DNA of 64,000 nucleotides from NCBI RefSeq assembly GCF_988242995.1, contig NZ_OZ547043.1; one strand, 5' to 3'. Shown piece by piece: positions 24,101 to 32,769 of this stretch (position 1 is its first letter; each line of letters starts with the position of its first letter). The notes under the pieces were generated by a model. It saw only the letters and a program-made list of their open reading frames with translations, ran no database searches and was not told where the DNA came from. The position numbers and the translations under genes were made by a program.

Positions 24101-24612
24101 GCAACACGAACAAAACTGCTGATACCGACGTGAAACAGCAGTACCTGGAGTTCCGCAGCGAAGGAGCGAAGACTTTCGAACCGAGCGAAGGGCTGAAGGT
24201 CACACCATATGCGGGTGTGAAACTGCGTCACACACTGGAAGGTGGCTATCAGGAGCGCAATGCCGGAGACTTTAACCTGAATATGAACAGTGGTAGCGAA
24301 ACGGCGGTGGACAGCATCGTCGGGCTGAAACTGGACTATGCAGGTAAAGACGGCTGGAGCGCTAGCGCTACGCTGGAAGGCGGGCCGAACTTGAGCTACG
24401 CGAAGAGCCAGCGCACAGCAAGCCTGGCAGGTGCAGGCAGTCAGCACTTTAACATCGATGACGGTCAGAAGGGCGGCGGCATCAACAGCCTGGCAAGTGT
24501 CGGCGTGAAGTACAGCAGCAAAGAAAGTTCGCTGAATCTGGATGCGTACAACTGGAAAGAGGAAGGCATCAGCGACAAAGGCGTGATGCTGAACTTCAAG
24601 AAAACGTTCTAA
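18121..24612 (+). CDS. ydbA: Giant autotransporter adhesin (2163 aa), uninterrupted
   Basis: N-terminal Sec signal (MQRKTLLSACIALALSGQGWA), acidic/Pro-rich linker, six tandem ~100-aa repeats, long passenger domain, C-terminal beta-barrel ending ...GVMLNFKKTF. Gene order after paaY matches K-12 ydbA. Confidence 0.85.
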   Translation: MQRKTLLSACIALALSGQGWAADITEVETTTGEKKNTNVTCPADPGKLSPEELKRLPSECTPLVEQNLMPWLATGAAALITTLAVVELNDDDDHHHRNNSPLPPTPPDDDSDDTPVPPTPGGDEIIPDVPDDTPTPPKPISFNNDVILDKTEKTLTIRDSVFTYTENADGTISLQDNSGRKATINLWQIDEANNTVALEGVSADGTTKWRYNHNGELVITGDNATVNNNGKTTVDGKDSTGTEINGNNGKVIQDGDLDVSGGGHGIDITGDSATVDNKGTMTVTDPESIGIQIDGDKAVVNNEGDSTISNGGTGTQINDDDATANNNGKTTVDGKDSTGTEINGNNGKVIQDGDLDVSGGGHGIDITGDSATVDNKGTMTVTDPESMGIQIDGDKAIVNNEGESTITNGGTGTQINGDDATANNNGKTTVDGKDSTGTEINGNNGKVIQGGDLDVSGGGHGIDITGDSATVDNKGTMTVTDPESIGIQIDGDKAVVNNEGDSSISNGGTGTQINGDDATANNSGKTTVDGKDSTGTEINGNNGKVIQDGDLDVSGGGHGIDITGDSATVDNKGTMTVTDPESIGIQIDGDKAIVNNEGDSTISNGGTGTQINGDDATANNNGKTTVDGKDSTGTEINGNNGKVIQDGDLDVSGGGHGIDITGDSATVDNKGTMTVTDPESMGIQIDGDKAIVNNEGESTITNGGTGTQINGDDATANNNGKTTVDGKDSTGTEINGNNGKVIQDGDLDVSGGGHGIDISGDNAAVDNKGNMTVTDADSIGVLINGDNATLANTGDVDVSNSATGFAITSDEGKISLAGSMQVGDFSTGLTLTGDNNSLTMAMQDLNVVGQKATGINVSGDANTIDITGNILVDKDQSADNAAEYFYDASVGVNVSGHNNNVTLDGKLTLVADGETTTRDVSNFDGSQENISGLIVSGDGNNINLNGGIAFVGEINALTDGSAIANKRTFFGNTPLIGIDGESKVYLNGDSTISGDLQLGYASLIQLKNKAAIEIGSEATFNMRDIENYDHYYAQTPQIIKAESSSEVINNGNVDIWNISFAGIFGENTTGINNGNITLSLYDYASTNTPAPEPDNTAFLTSNGGSAVNKGVITSKVMEQHSVVNMAALTGSTDQRVFNNSVASMMGMEAYNKGSVLNAEDAVIDMYGRGSIGMLAIDNSTADNAGNITVDTLWIDDNDTTSLHTDLPGATAKDYGVGMATGTDTGGGARNNAIATNLEGGVITVYNAGAGMAAYGNSNMVINQGIINLEKNADYDANLGSNTLVGMAVYKGATAINDQTGVININVDTGQAFYNDGTGIILNYGEINLNGAEIDSTDSHYGAPAENLELLSELSASGENITKTVIRDGFVTIKPLANYGTEILNGDVDANLWLYNEDKASLTVNGDLNIVQGLENSGSMDADKLTANASVYNRASGSMTTELLMLKGGSAFFNEGSFSGVISGDSYKQNVVNTGEMTTVTDGSALINGSFVLYNEAGSTLTNSGNAIAGGENAIVNITRTSDSLSQVNRGKITATNGYSAIKTASTASNSNGKWIWNTETGVINGINPDAPLIDLGRGYNFANAGTINVQGDGSVAISGGTTSYTVQLVNSGTINVGTEQGKADGSNGEGLIGIKGNGSATTINNTKDGVINVYADNSWAFGGSTKAIVNNGIINLLCNIGCEIYAPNTTGTRNSQDGTADIIVPVASATPGQGNVPAAPVNAVSQQKLTNYTIGTNSDGSSGTLKANNLVISDNVKVNTGFSAGTADTTVVIDDVFKGENISGAENITSSSVVWNAKGSTDASGNVDVTMSKNAYTDVATDASVNDVAKALDAGYTNNELYTSLNVGTTAELNSALKQVSGSQATTVFREARVLSNRFSMLADAAPKVGNGLAFNVVAKGDPRAELGNNTEYDMLALRKTIDLSESQTMSLEYGIARLDGDGAQKAGDNGVTGGYSQFFGLKHQMSFDNGMNWNNALRYDVHNLDSSRSIAFSNTNKTADTDVKQQYLEFRSEGAKTFEPSEGLKVTPYAGVKLRHTLEGGYQERNAGDFNLNMNSGSETAVDSIVGLKLDYAGKDGWSASATLEGGPNLSYAKSQRTASLAGAGSQHFNIDDGQKGGGINSLASVGVKYSSKESSLNLDAYNWKEEGISDKGVMLNFKKTF
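18796..20400 (+). repeat. In-frame tandem repeat inside ydbA: about 6 near-identical 300-bp units
   Basis: Unit NNNGKTTVDGKDSTGTEINGNNGKVIQDGDLDVSGGGHGIDITGDSATVDNKGTMTVTDPESIGIQIDGDKAVVNNEGDSTISNGGTGTQINGDDATA recurs six times with 300-bp period and only scattered substitutions; the last unit degenerates toward 20480. Boundaries approximate. Confidence 0.85.
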
Positions 24613-24632
24613 TTTTTAGCACGTGATACACA

Positions 24633-24665
24633 AACCGCAATGCTGATACAGGTTGCGGTTTTTTA
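24633..24665 (+). terminator. Intrinsic terminator after ydbA
   Basis: Hairpin aaccgcaa-tgctgatacagg-ttgcggtt followed by TTTTTT. Confidence 0.6.
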
Positions 24666-24819
24666 TTGCCGGATGCGATGCTTTAGGCGTTTTGTTTTGG
24701 TGTCTTCAAGGACAATAGAGCAACTCATCCAGTAATCTTGTTTACGCCTTCGCATTATTTATCTCTTTTCGTTTCTATACTGATTTTTCTTAATCCGTTT
24801 TATTACAGGGCAGGGTGCG

Positions 24820-25680
24820 ATGAGCAGCAACACATTTACTCTCGGTACAAAATCCGTTAACCGTCTTGGTTATGGCGCGATGCAACTGGCAGGCCCTGGG
24901 GTTTTTGGCCCCCCAAGAGATCGCCACGTTGCTATAACCGTGCTGCGCGAGGCGCTGGCATTGGGCGTCAATCATATTGATACCAGCGACTTTTATGGTC
25001 CGCACGTCACCAATCAGATTATCCGCGAAGCGCTACATCCTTACTCTGACGACCTGACAATTGTCACTAAAATTGGTGCACGACGTGGTGAGGATGCTTC
25101 CTGGTTGCCCGCATTTTCTCCGGCAGAGCTGCAAAAAGCGGTACACGATAATCTACGTAATCTCGGCCTGGACGTACTGGATGTGGTTAACCTGCGCGTC
25201 ATGATGGGGGATGGTCATGGCCCGGCGGAAGGATCGATTGAAGCCAGCCTGACCGTGCTGGCAGAGATGCAACAACAAGGCCTGGTAAAACATATTGGCC
25301 TGAGCAACGTCACACCGACGCAGGTCGCAGAGGCGCGTAAGATTACCGAAATCGTCTGTGTGCAGAACGAATACAACATTGCTCATCGTGCTGATGACGC
25401 AATGATTGATGATTTGGCCCGCGTTGGCATTGCTTACGTGCCGTTCTTCCCGCTTGGGGGCTTTACGCCGCTGCAATCCTCCACACTTTCGGATGTAGCA
25501 GCGAGCCTGGGCGCAACACCAATGCAGGTGGCGCTGGCGTGGCTGTTACAACGTTCACCGAATATTTTGCTGATCCCAGGGACATCTTCTGTTGCGCATT
25601 TACGGGAGAATATGGCTGCTGAAAAATTGCATCTTTCTGAGGAAGTGTTGTCTACGTTGGATGGTATTTCGCGAGAATAA
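24820..25680 (+). CDS. ydbC: Aldo-keto reductase family oxidoreductase
   Basis: 286 aa, MSSNTFTLGTKSVNRLGYGAMQLAGPGVFGPP... typical AKR fold. Confidence 0.88.
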   Translation: MSSNTFTLGTKSVNRLGYGAMQLAGPGVFGPPRDRHVAITVLREALALGVNHIDTSDFYGPHVTNQIIREALHPYSDDLTIVTKIGARRGEDASWLPAFSPAELQKAVHDNLRNLGLDVLDVVNLRVMMGDGHGPAEGSIEASLTVLAEMQQQGLVKHIGLSNVTPTQVAEARKITEIVCVQNEYNIAHRADDAMIDDLARVGIAYVPFFPLGGFTPLQSSTLSDVAASLGATPMQVALAWLLQRSPNILLIPGTSSVAHLRENMAAEKLHLSEEVLSTLDGISRE

Positions 25681-25793
25681 CGAGTCAGGCGCTCGCAGAT
25701 TGTGCTTAAGGAAGAGCACAAAGCGATAGAAAACAGGTAAGCGGATTGAGATGTGGACTGAATATCTACAGTCCACATCAAGATCGTGTCCGG

Positions 25794-26408
<615 letters not shown>

Positions 26409-26599
26409 TTATGGATGTTTGAATGGGCGATGCCCTGTTGCTTGTTGACACTTTATTCACAATCCTGCCACAGAGATAGCGCAATAAATCGAAGCCTATG
26501 TTCGAATTTATTGAACAACGCATAGAAAGCCGCGATGTGGTACTCTATATCTATCATTTAAAAGAAAATTAATCAGGCAGCCTACTGCCCACTAACGTT

Positions 26600-29500
26600 A
26601 TGACAGAACAACAAAAATTGACCTTTACGGCCTTGCAGCAGCGGCTGGATTCGCTGATGCTGCGCGACAGACAGCGTTTTTTACGCCGTCTTCACGGTGT
26701 GAAGAAGGTTAAAAATCCTGATGCACAACAGGCCATTTTCCAGGAGATGGCGAAAGAGATTGACCAGGCGGCAGGGAAAGTCCTGCTGCGTGAAGCGGCA
26801 CGTCCGGAAATTACTTATCCGGACAATTTGCCGGTTAGTCAGAAAAAGCAGGACATTCTCGAAGCAATTCGTGATCACCAGGTAGTGATCGTCGCCGGGG
26901 AAACGGGTTCCGGTAAAACGACTCAGCTACCGAAAATCTGTATGGAGCTGGGCCGCGGGATTAAAGGGCTGATCGGCCATACCCAGCCGCGTCGTCTGGC
27001 GGCACGAACGGTGGCCAACCGTATTGCGGAAGAGCTGAAAACGGAGCCGGGCGGTTGCATCGGTTACAAAGTGCGTTTCAGCGATCACGTAAGTGATAAC
27101 ACGATGGTCAAGCTGATGACCGACGGTATCCTGCTGGCGGAGATCCAGCAAGACCGCCTGCTGATGCAGTACGACACTATCATTATTGACGAAGCGCACG
27201 AACGCAGCCTGAATATCGATTTTCTGCTCGGCTATTTGAAAGAGTTGCTGCCGCGGCGTCCTGACCTAAAAATCATTATCACTTCCGCGACTATCGACCC
27301 GGAACGCTTTTCGCGCCACTTTAATAATGCGCCGATTATCGAAGTCTCCGGCCGGACCTATCCGGTGGAAGTGCGCTATCGCCCGATTGTTGAAGAAGCC
27401 GATGATACCGAGCGCGATCAGTTGCAGGCGATTTTTGACGCCGTAGACGAACTGAGCCAGGAAAGTCCCGGCGACATTCTGATCTTTATGAGCGGTGAGC
27501 GGGAAATTCGCGATACCGCCGATGCGCTGAACAAGCTGAACTTACGCCATACCGAAATCTTGCCGCTTTATGCGCGGCTTTCGAACAGCGAACAGAACCG
27601 CGTGTTCCAGTCGCACAGCGGACGGCGTATTGTGCTGGCGACCAACGTCGCGGAAACCTCGCTGACCGTACCGGGGATTAAATACGTTATCGACCCCGGT
27701 ACAGCACGTATCAGCCGCTACAGCTATCGCACCAAAGTGCAGCGTTTGCCGATTGAGCCGATTTCGCAGGCGTCTGCCAATCAGCGTAAAGGCCGCTGTG
27801 GTCGTGTGTCTGAAGGGATCTGTATTCGTCTCTATTCCGAAGACGATTTCCTCTCGCGCCCGGAGTTTACCGATCCGGAGATTCTGCGTACCAACCTGGC
27901 CTCGGTTATTTTGCAGATGACCGCGCTGGGGCTGGGTGATATCGCGGCGTTCCCGTTTGTCGAAGCACCGGATAAACGCAATATCCAGGATGGCGTGCGT
28001 CTGCTCGAAGAACTGGGCGCGATCACCACTGATGAACAGGCCAGCGCTTATAAACTGACGCCGCTCGGTCGCCAGCTCTCGCAGTTGCCTGTCGACCCAC
28101 GTCTGGCGCGTATGGTGCTGGAAGCGCAAAAACATGGCTGCGTGCGTGAGGCGATGATTATCACGTCCGCGCTCTCCATTCAGGATCCGCGCGAGCGTCC
28201 GATGGATAAACAGCAGGCATCGGACGAAAAACATCGCCGCTTCCACGACAAAGAATCCGACTTCCTCGCGTTTGTAAATCTGTGGAATTATCTCGGCGAG
28301 CAGCAAAAGGCGCTTTCTTCTAACGCCTTCCGTCGCCTGTGTCGTACCGATTATCTCAACTATCTGCGCGTGCGCGAATGGCAGGATATCTACACCCAGT
28401 TGCGTCAGGTAGTGAAAGAACTTGGCATTCCGGTTAACAGCGAACCGGCGGAGTATCGCGAAATTCACATCGCCTTACTGACCGGTTTGCTTTCCCATAT
28501 CGGCATGAAAGATGCCGATAAACAAGAATATACCGGCGCACGTAACGCGCGTTTCTCCATTTTCCCCGGTTCCGGCTTATTTAAAAAGCCGCCGAAATGG
28601 GTAATGGTGGCGGAACTGGTAGAAACCAGCCGCCTGTGGGGGCGCATTGCGGCACGCATCGACCCTGAATGGGTAGAACCCGTTGCTCAGCATTTGATTA
28701 AACGCACCTACAGCGAACCGCACTGGGAACGGGCGCAGGGCGCGGTGATGGCAACGGAAAAAGTCACTGTTTATGGTTTGCCGATTGTTGCTGCGCGTAA
28801 GGTCAACTACAGCCAGATCGATCCGACGTTATGTCGTGAACTCTTTATTCGCCACGCTCTGGTGGAAGGTGACTGGCAGACACGTCACGCATTCTTCCGT
28901 GAAAACCTGAAACTGCGGGCCGAAGTGGAAGAGCTGGAACACAAATCACGTCGCCGCGATATTCTGGTTGATGACGAAACGCTGTTTGAGTTCTACGACC
29001 AGCGCATCAGCCACGATGTAATCTCCGCTCGTCACTTCGATAGCTGGTGGAAAAAAGTCAGCCGCGAAACGCCTGATTTGCTCAACTTTGAAAAGAGCAT
29101 GTTGATCAAAGAAGGGGCGGAAAAAATCAGCAAGCTGGATTACCCGAACTTCTGGCATCAGGGCAATCTCAAGCTGCGTTTGAGCTATCAGTTTGAGCCC
29201 GGCGCGGACGCGGACGGTGTGACCGTGCATATTCCGCTGCCGCTGCTTAATCAGGTAGAAGATAGCGGGTTTGAATGGCAAATCCCCGGCCTGCGTCGTG
29301 AACTGATCATCGCACTGATTAAATCGTTGCCGAAACCGGTACGCCGTAATTTTGTGCCTGCACCAAACTACGCCGAAGCGTTTTTAGGCCGCGTCACACC
29401 GCTGGAGTTACCGTTGCTCGACAGCCTTGAGCGCGAGTTACGGCGGATGACCGGCGTTACCGTTGACCGCGAAGACTGGCACTGGGATCAGGTGCCTGAT

Positions 29501-30502
29501 CACCTGAAAATCACCTTCCGCGTGGTGGATGACAAAAACAAGAAGCTAAAAGAAGGGCGCTCTCTACAAGGTCTGAAAGATGCGCTGAAAGACAAAGTGC
29601 AGGAAACGCTGTCTGCGGTGGCGGATGACGGTATCGAGCAGAGCGGCTTACATATCTGGAGTTTTGGTCAGCTGCCGGAAAGCTACGAACAGAAGCGTGG
29701 CAACTATAAAGTGAAGGCGTGGCCAGCGCTAGTGGATGAACGCGACAGCGTGGCGATCAAACTGTTTGATAATCCGCTGGAACAAAAGCAGGCAATGTGG
29801 AACGGTCTTCGCCGTCTACTGCTGCTGAATATTCCCTCGCCAATCAAATATTTGCATGAGAAGTTGCCAAACAAAGCCAAGCTGGGGCTGTACTTTAACC
29901 CGTATGGCAAAGTGCTGGAGCTGATCGACGACTGTATCTCCTGCGGTGTGGATCAACTGATCGACGCCAATGGTGGCCCGGTCTGGACGGAAGAAGGCTT
30001 TGCTGCGCTGCATGAAAAAGTCCGCGCTGAACTGAACGACACGGTGGTGGATATTGCGAAGCAGGTCGAGCAAATCCTTACTGCAGTCTTCAATATCAAC
30101 AAACGCCTGAAAGGGCGGGTGGATATGACTATGGCGCTGGGGCTTTCTGACATCAAAGCGCAGATGGGCGGGTTGGTGTATCGCGGTTTTGTCACTGGCA
30201 ACGGTTTTAAACGGCTGGGCGACACGCTGCGTTATTTGCAGGCGATTGAAAAACGACTGGAAAAACTGGCGGTTGATCCGCATCGTGACCGTGCTCAGAT
30301 GCTGAAAGTCGAAAACGTCCAGCAGGCGTGGCAGCAATGGATCAACAAACTGCCGCCCGCACGTCGTGAGGATGAAGACGTGAAAGAGATCCGTTGGATG
30401 ATAGAAGAGTTGCGCGTTAGTTACTTCGCTCAACAACTTGGTACGCCTTATCCGATTTCAGATAAGCGTATTTTGCAGGCGATGGAGCAGATTAGCGGTT
30501 AA
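26600..30502 (+). CDS. hrpA: ATP-dependent RNA helicase HrpA (DEAH-box)
   Basis: 1300 aa; Walker A GETGSGKTTQ and DEAH motifs. Confidence 0.95.
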   Translation: MTEQQKLTFTALQQRLDSLMLRDRQRFLRRLHGVKKVKNPDAQQAIFQEMAKEIDQAAGKVLLREAARPEITYPDNLPVSQKKQDILEAIRDHQVVIVAGETGSGKTTQLPKICMELGRGIKGLIGHTQPRRLAARTVANRIAEELKTEPGGCIGYKVRFSDHVSDNTMVKLMTDGILLAEIQQDRLLMQYDTIIIDEAHERSLNIDFLLGYLKELLPRRPDLKIIITSATIDPERFSRHFNNAPIIEVSGRTYPVEVRYRPIVEEADDTERDQLQAIFDAVDELSQESPGDILIFMSGEREIRDTADALNKLNLRHTEILPLYARLSNSEQNRVFQSHSGRRIVLATNVAETSLTVPGIKYVIDPGTARISRYSYRTKVQRLPIEPISQASANQRKGRCGRVSEGICIRLYSEDDFLSRPEFTDPEILRTNLASVILQMTALGLGDIAAFPFVEAPDKRNIQDGVRLLEELGAITTDEQASAYKLTPLGRQLSQLPVDPRLARMVLEAQKHGCVREAMIITSALSIQDPRERPMDKQQASDEKHRRFHDKESDFLAFVNLWNYLGEQQKALSSNAFRRLCRTDYLNYLRVREWQDIYTQLRQVVKELGIPVNSEPAEYREIHIALLTGLLSHIGMKDADKQEYTGARNARFSIFPGSGLFKKPPKWVMVAELVETSRLWGRIAARIDPEWVEPVAQHLIKRTYSEPHWERAQGAVMATEKVTVYGLPIVAARKVNYSQIDPTLCRELFIRHALVEGDWQTRHAFFRENLKLRAEVEELEHKSRRRDILVDDETLFEFYDQRISHDVISARHFDSWWKKVSRETPDLLNFEKSMLIKEGAEKISKLDYPNFWHQGNLKLRLSYQFEPGADADGVTVHIPLPLLNQVEDSGFEWQIPGLRRELIIALIKSLPKPVRRNFVPAPNYAEAFLGRVTPLELPLLDSLERELRRMTGVTVDREDWHWDQVPDHLKITFRVVDDKNKKLKEGRSLQGLKDALKDKVQETLSAVADDGIEQSGLHIWSFGQLPESYEQKRGNYKVKAWPALVDERDSVAIKLFDNPLEQKQAMWNGLRRLLLLNIPSPIKYLHEKLPNKAKLGLYFNPYGKVLELIDDCISCGVDQLIDANGGPVWTEEGFAALHEKVRAELNDTVVDIAKQVEQILTAVFNINKRLKGRVDMTMALGLSDIKAQMGGLVYRGFVTGNGFKRLGDTLRYLQAIEKRLEKLAVDPHRDRAQMLKVENVQQAWQQWINKLPPARREDEDVKEIRWMIEELRVSYFAQQLGTPYPISDKRILQAMEQISG

Positions 30503-30526
30503 CACTGCTATTTGCCTGATAAATCT

Positions 30527-30557
30527 AAAACCCGGTAAGCATTTAGCGCCGGGTTTT
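30527..30557 (+). terminator. Putative hrpA terminator
   Basis: Stem-loop aaaacccggt-aagcatttagcg-ccgggtttttt directly after the hrpA stop and immediately abutting the IS200 copy-2 left end. Confidence 0.45.
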
Positions 30558-31270
30558 TTGTGCACAGAAAACCCCCAGCTAGGCTGGGGGTTCCGGAAAG
30601 CTTTCAGCTTTGAGCCAGTTATTAAAACCCCTTTTGATTTGTTAAAACACTTTGCGGTCTGGCAACTGCAAGTGTCAAACAAGAAATCAAAAGGGGGTCC
30701 CAATGGGGAACGAAAAGAGCTTAGCGCACACCCGATGGAACTGTAAATATCACATAGTTTTTGCGCCAAAATACCGAAGACAGGTGTTCTACAGAGAGAA
30801 GCGTAGAGCAATAGGCAGTATTTTGAGAAAGCTGTGTGAGTGGAAAAGCGTACGGATTCTGGAAGCTGAATGCTGTGCAGATTATATCCATATGCTTGTG
30901 GAGATCCCGCCCAAAATGAGCGTATCCGGCTTTATGGGATATCTGAAAGGGAAAAGCAGTCTGATGCTTTACGAGCAGTTTGGTGATTTGAAATTCAAAT
31001 ACAGGAACAGGGAGTTCTGGTGCAGAGGGTACTACGTCGATACAGTGGGTAAGAACACGGCGAAGATACAGGATTACATAAAGCACCAGCTTGAAGAGGA
31101 TAAAATGGGAGAGCAGTTATCGATTCCCTATCCGGGCAGCCCGTTTACGGGCCGTAAGTAACGAAGTTGGATGCAAATGTCAGATCGTGTGCGCCTGTTA
31201 GGGCGCGGCTGGTAAGAGAGCCTTATAGGCGCATTTGAAAAACCTCCGGCTATGCCGGAGGATATTTATT
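30558..31270 (+). mobile_element. IS200 copy 2 (about 713 bp)
   Basis: Same left- and right-end sequences as copies 1 and 3; includes the structured leader with hairpin cccccagctaggctggggg. Confidence 0.85.
30703..31161 (+). CDS. tnpA: IS200 transposase TnpA with His61Tyr in the HUH motif (possibly inactive)
   Basis: Identical to the copy-1 TnpA except ADYIHM instead of ADHIHM (codon tat at 30883-30885). Confidence 0.8.
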   Translation: MGNEKSLAHTRWNCKYHIVFAPKYRRQVFYREKRRAIGSILRKLCEWKSVRILEAECCADYIHMLVEIPPKMSVSGFMGYLKGKSSLMLYEQFGDLKFKYRNREFWCRGYYVDTVGKNTAKIQDYIKHQLEEDKMGEQLSIPYPGSPFTGRK

Positions 31271-31358
31271 CTTTATGAATTCTGAAAAATAGCAAGGGCG
31301 GTACTATTTTACATAAGTTACATTCATACTCTGCCCATGGTAAACAGGACGTATTGCA

Positions 31359-31493
31359 ATGAGTAAGCATGATATTTTAATGAGATCGTATTATGAGCGA
31401 ATAATAGAGCTTGATTGCGTCGGTCAGGCTTTAATCTCTTTCTATGAAAAACTTCCAGAGGAAATTTTATCAGAAAGTAATGGATTGGATTAA
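31359..31493 (+). CDS. Hypothetical small protein (44 aa) at the start of the AT-rich cassette
   Basis: ATG-initiated ORF MSKHDILMRSYYERIIELDCVGQALISFYEKLPEEILSESNGLD, below the ORF-track cutoff; overlaps the 5' extension of the next ORF in another frame. Confidence 0.3.
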   Translation: MSKHDILMRSYYERIIELDCVGQALISFYEKLPEEILSESNGLD

Positions 31494-31836
31494 TAGTATG
31501 AAAAATTTAGACAATATTATCTGGCATGATGGTGTTTTAGTAGAAACCAGAATGGAATGTCACCACACCGAGTATAATTTTATATTGACGGCAGAACTTT
31601 ATGTTGATGAATTTACAGCCGGAAGGGAACGAAAAAGGTTCGAGTTTACGGGAGTGGAACATTTATCGCAGGTTATGGATATTGCTGAACTTATAGATAA
31701 CCAAAATGCAGGTAATATTAAAGATGCGGTAATTGTTTATAAGGCAAAGAAGTATGAAATTTCACTTCATTTGTTTGGCGGTTTTTTAAATTTTATATTT
31801 AAAACCATGCGAGTTGTTGACAATGAATTTGAGTAA
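31444..31836 (+). CDS. Hypothetical protein, cassette ORF A (112-130 aa depending on start)
   Basis: ORF in the AT-rich cassette; candidate starts at 31444, 31480 and 31498 (MKNLDNIIWHDGVLVETRMECHH...). No recognisable catalytic motif, signal peptide or TM segment. Confidence 0.45.
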   Translation: MKNFQRKFYQKVMDWINSMKNLDNIIWHDGVLVETRMECHHTEYNFILTAELYVDEFTAGRERKRFEFTGVEHLSQVMDIAELIDNQNAGNIKDAVIVYKAKKYEISLHLFGGFLNFIFKTMRVVDNEFE

Positions 31837-32272
31837 TACCAAATGCGACAAATTGTCTTTTTATGAAGAAAAAATCCGCTGGCGAATGCGTCGGCAAATC
31901 TCGAATGCAGAGGCAATATTTTACGAGAATCAGGAAGAACACATTCAGCGCTTTTTAGGCAGATATACCTGCCGCAAACCGGTTCTTGTTTATTGGGAAA
32001 GTGAACAAAGATGGACATCTGTAAACGGTCTGGAAGTAATGAGTATGTTTGATGAGTATTGTCATCACATCTACCTTGATGATATCAATAAAAAAATACA
32101 AGCTGAATTACCTGAAGATAAAACATTAGGTTTCAAACGTCAATTGCAATTTTTCATTTTAGGGGATGAGAAGATTAGAATATGGGTGCCACAGGGGGAA
32201 TTATATTTCGCATTAATGAATGTATTGCAGATGTTCCCCCTGAAAAAAATGGTTGATGACTGGACAAGGTAA
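31823..32272 (+). CDS. Hypothetical protein, cassette ORF B (149 aa)
   Basis: ATG at 31823 (MNLSNTKCDKLSFYEEKIRWRMRRQ...) overlaps the last 14 nt of ORF A, suggesting translational coupling; soluble, no recognisable motif. Confidence 0.45.
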   Translation: MNLSNTKCDKLSFYEEKIRWRMRRQISNAEAIFYENQEEHIQRFLGRYTCRKPVLVYWESEQRWTSVNGLEVMSMFDEYCHHIYLDDINKKIQAELPEDKTLGFKRQLQFFILGDEKIRIWVPQGELYFALMNVLQMFPLKKMVDDWTR

Positions 32273-32391
32273 TTTCAAATCACAGTAATGTCCATCGATT
32301 ATACATGGTACGTAAACAGACTCGCACCGTTTTTGCAGAAGGTTAATGTGTCGTCTATCGAGAGCAGTCTCATATATGAAGGGGTATTAAC

Positions 32392-32769
32392 ATGGATGAA
32401 TGTTTTATAAATATCACTCCGACTTCATTGTCTTTTAAAAATGCCGAACTATCAGATTTAAGCTATAAAAATGCCAGGCTTGAACTTACCCTCATATGTC
32501 CGGCGATCAAGTCAGAAGTTAAGTTATCATTTGACTGGATACATTCATTTCGTGTTACTGACGAAGGTGATTTGTTAGGAATGTCAGGAATTCACGGTAT
32601 TAACCAAACGGGGATCTATAGAGTAGTGAATTCCGCCTACTTTGCATGGTTTACTATGCAAAGTTGTGAAATTTATAAAAATAATGTGATCGAGCATTAT
32701 GTCATTGCCACGTCAAATGATGTTATTGATGTTTTATCAACAGTTTCTCCGCAAATACAGTATGACTAA
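32392..32769 (+). CDS. Hypothetical protein, cassette ORF C (125 aa)
   Basis: ATG at 32392 preceded by SD-like gaagggg; MDECFINITPTSLSFKNAELSDLSYKN...; same AT-rich composition. Confidence 0.45.
   Translation: MDECFINITPTSLSFKNAELSDLSYKNARLELTLICPAIKSEVKLSFDWIHSFRVTDEGDLLGMSGIHGINQTGIYRVVNSAYFAWFTMQSCEIYKNNVIEHYVIATSNDVIDVLSTVSPQIQYD

Noticed and set aside
23494..24447. 317-aa minus-strand ORF inside the ydbA beta-barrel region
   Set aside because: Fully antisense to the well-supported ydbA C-terminal domain; no independent coding signal.
24640..24680. Partial REP-like sequence (ttgccggatgcgatgc...) after ydbA
   Set aside because: Only one arm resembles the REP consensus and there is no clear palindrome; treated as part of the ydbA terminator region rather than a REP element.
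27542..28468. 308-aa minus-strand ORF inside hrpA
   Set aside because: Antisense to the conserved HrpA helicase core; chance open frame.
31767..32018. 83-aa minus-strand ORF within the AT-rich cassette
   Set aside because: Antisense to the ORF A/B overlap. In AT-rich DNA such frames arise less often by chance, but it has no start context and overlaps two better-supported plus-strand ORFs; kept as rejected with low certainty.
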